Origin: Zygnema circumcarinatum SAG 698-1b
Lineage: Eukaryota > Plantae > Zygnematophyceae
Direction of reading: 5' to 3'
NCBI GenBank assembly: GCA_037447605.1
Contig: CM074804.1
Coordinates: forward strand, 6,859,909 to 6,923,908
DNA length: 64,000 nucleotides
The notes beneath the pieces are model-generated. The model ran no database searches, was not told where the DNA came from, and saw nothing but the letters and a program-made list of their open reading frames with translations. Of the stretch, positions 62,274 through 64,000 are shown one piece after another. The translations under genes and the position numbers were made by a program. The first letter of the stretch is position 1; each line of letters begins with the position of its first letter.

Positions 62274-63710
62274 GGCGGCCGCGTCGCGAGGCGGGGCGAG
62301 GCGGACGGAGACAGCCCAACAGACAGACAGACAGACAGAGACGGACGGACGGTCGGGCGGGCGGGGAGGCGGAGAGAGGCACGAGCGAGGCCAGCCGGGG
62401 GGGCGGGGCACGTGGCGCTGCTGCTCTGTGCCCTGGGCCCTGCGCTGCACTGCACTGCACTGTAGAGAGTGCGAGGCGCGCCCTTTTGTCGCCACGCCGG
62501 GGCTCAAGTGTCGTTTGCGGAGGCGGCCGGACCGAACCGGCGTGGCGCGGGCGGGCGGTTCCGGGGCGCTCCACTTTAATTTTGTCGCTTCCGTTTTTCC
62601 TTTCGGGCGCGGAGAAGCGCGTCGCGACGGGCGGTGCCGCCCGCCCCGACCGCTTCGGTCAACGCCGGTCGCGCGGCGTTACTGCGGGGCGGTTCGCATG
62701 GACTGTGCGTGCGGCCACGTGGCGCAATCCTGTCCGTTACGTGCCCCCCCTGGAGCCTCGCCGCCGTCCGATGCTGTGTGCGGTTAGCGGCGGGTTTGAC
62801 CCCACTCGTGGAGATACCGTTTTTGGCGGTCCCTCACGCCAGCTGGCGGGCTTGTGGCCGCCAGCTGTCAGGGACTGCGGATGCGATGCGCGATCAGGAC
62901 TGTCGGCGCATGTGCCGACTTTGCCCGATCGCTGCCAGGTGGCGGCCGCTCACTGCTCACTTATGTCGCGGATCGCGACAGGCGCTGCCGGCCGAATCTC
63001 TCGGCTTTTTTAACGGGGCGCGCCCGCGGCGTATCCGACACGGCTAGTTGTCGGTGCCGTACGCCCGCCGATACACACTCCTTTGGATTCTTCAGTGCGT
63101 CCTATTGCACACGAGCGTGACGTGGCGTCCAGTAAGAGGTACCACGTGGCGTTAGCGGCAAGTGGCGGGGGGCGCGCCGGACGCATTATGAGCGGCGTTA
63201 CGGCGGGCCGCGGCCGCAGCGATGGCGCCAAAAGAGGCGTCAACGGGCCGAGGGCGGAGGCTGACCGTTGCGGATTCGGGGAAAAGGCCACGTGGAGACA
63301 CGTGGCCGATCCAGGAGGTAGCGCGCGGCGCGGAGAGCGCTCCGCGTGGCTTTGGCGTTTATGGGCGCGCGCGGGCGGCGCATGTGGGCGGGCCTCTCGC
63401 GGCACCACGTGGCACACTTGGCCCGGCCAACCGTGGGCTGCCAGCTGGCGCCCTCGCGGGCCGCGAACCGCCGCCACTCTCGCTCGTTTCGCGCTGCCCT
63501 TCGCTTTAAGGCCGCGCGGCAACCGCCTCCGCGCGCGTGCTGCGGACGGCGGACGGCGGGAGGGAGGGAGAGAGGCGGAACGCGAGGGGAGGGCGGCGGC
63601 TGCTGGGAGGGAGAGAGGGAGGGAGGGAGGGAGGGAGGGAGGGAGTATCGCTTCGCCGAATTAGATATACGGCGATTCGATACGTCTTCTTTTTTCTCGT
63701 CCACTGGTGA
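62274..63710. promoter_or_regulatory. GC-rich divergent promoter island with multiple G-boxes; probable 5' UTR exon of a + strand gene continuing beyond the window
   Basis: CACGTG at 62409, 62716, 63143, 63289, 63299 and 63406. A GA-rich leader at 63560-63645 resembles those before other genes here, and a donor-like G|GTGAG lies at ~63707. Confidence 0.5.
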
Positions 63711-64000
63711 GGGAGGGGTTACGCCAAGATGTTGGCCCAGATGCGGCTTGCAGGAGTGGTTCGATTACGACGCGTTCTCTAGCGCGTGCAGAATGAGAGC
63801 GGCCTTTGTAGAGTACCTCAGCATCAAGGAGAAAGTGATGATTTAGAAATTACTCGACAACTCTTGAAGTTGACATGTGTCGAGCTTGATGTAGTGCGAG
63901 TGACTCGTGGTATGGGCTATGCATTATGGAGACTTGTTGCGCGTAATTGTGCCACAACAAGAGGAGGGCCCCTGCCCTTGCCATTGCTTTTGTATGCTTT

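Overview
Eukaryotic, gene-dense genomic DNA. By inference it comes from a streptophyte alga or early-diverging plant: land-plant-type gene families, short GT-AG introns, GC-rich G-box-laden promoter islands, and one 10-N scaffold gap at 11441-11450. Bases 1-6740 are a homogeneous but aperiodic 42/44-bp palindromic satellite that is stop-free in all six frames; the three giant ORFs are by-products. Eleven spliced genes follow: an F-box/Sel1/MYND protein (-), MenA/ABC4 DHNA prenyltransferase (-), an At2g02148-like zinc-ribbon protein (-), a membrane-anchored GH3 lacking both catalytic residues (+), a small plastid membrane protein (-), an ANTH/PICALM adaptor (+), head-to-head RPL37 (-) and RPS15A (+), a DUF616 glycosyltransferase with a ~1165-aa acidic stem (+), an R2R3-MYB (+), and a secreted Ser/Pro-rich cell-wall-type protein with an 8-Cys tail (-). 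Intergenic DNA holds nested non-autonomous DNA transposons: two tandem MITEs sharing AAT target duplications, a third related MITE, a 928-bp foldback element and a 215-nt hairpin. It also holds dispersed degenerate copies of the satellite core motif. The most notable items are the GH3 pseudoenzyme, the two-unit palindromic satellite and its link to transposon-associated motifs, the TE-derived hairpin, and the novel HRGP-like protein. Exon boundaries were read by eye, and family assignments rest on recalled motifs rather than database searches.
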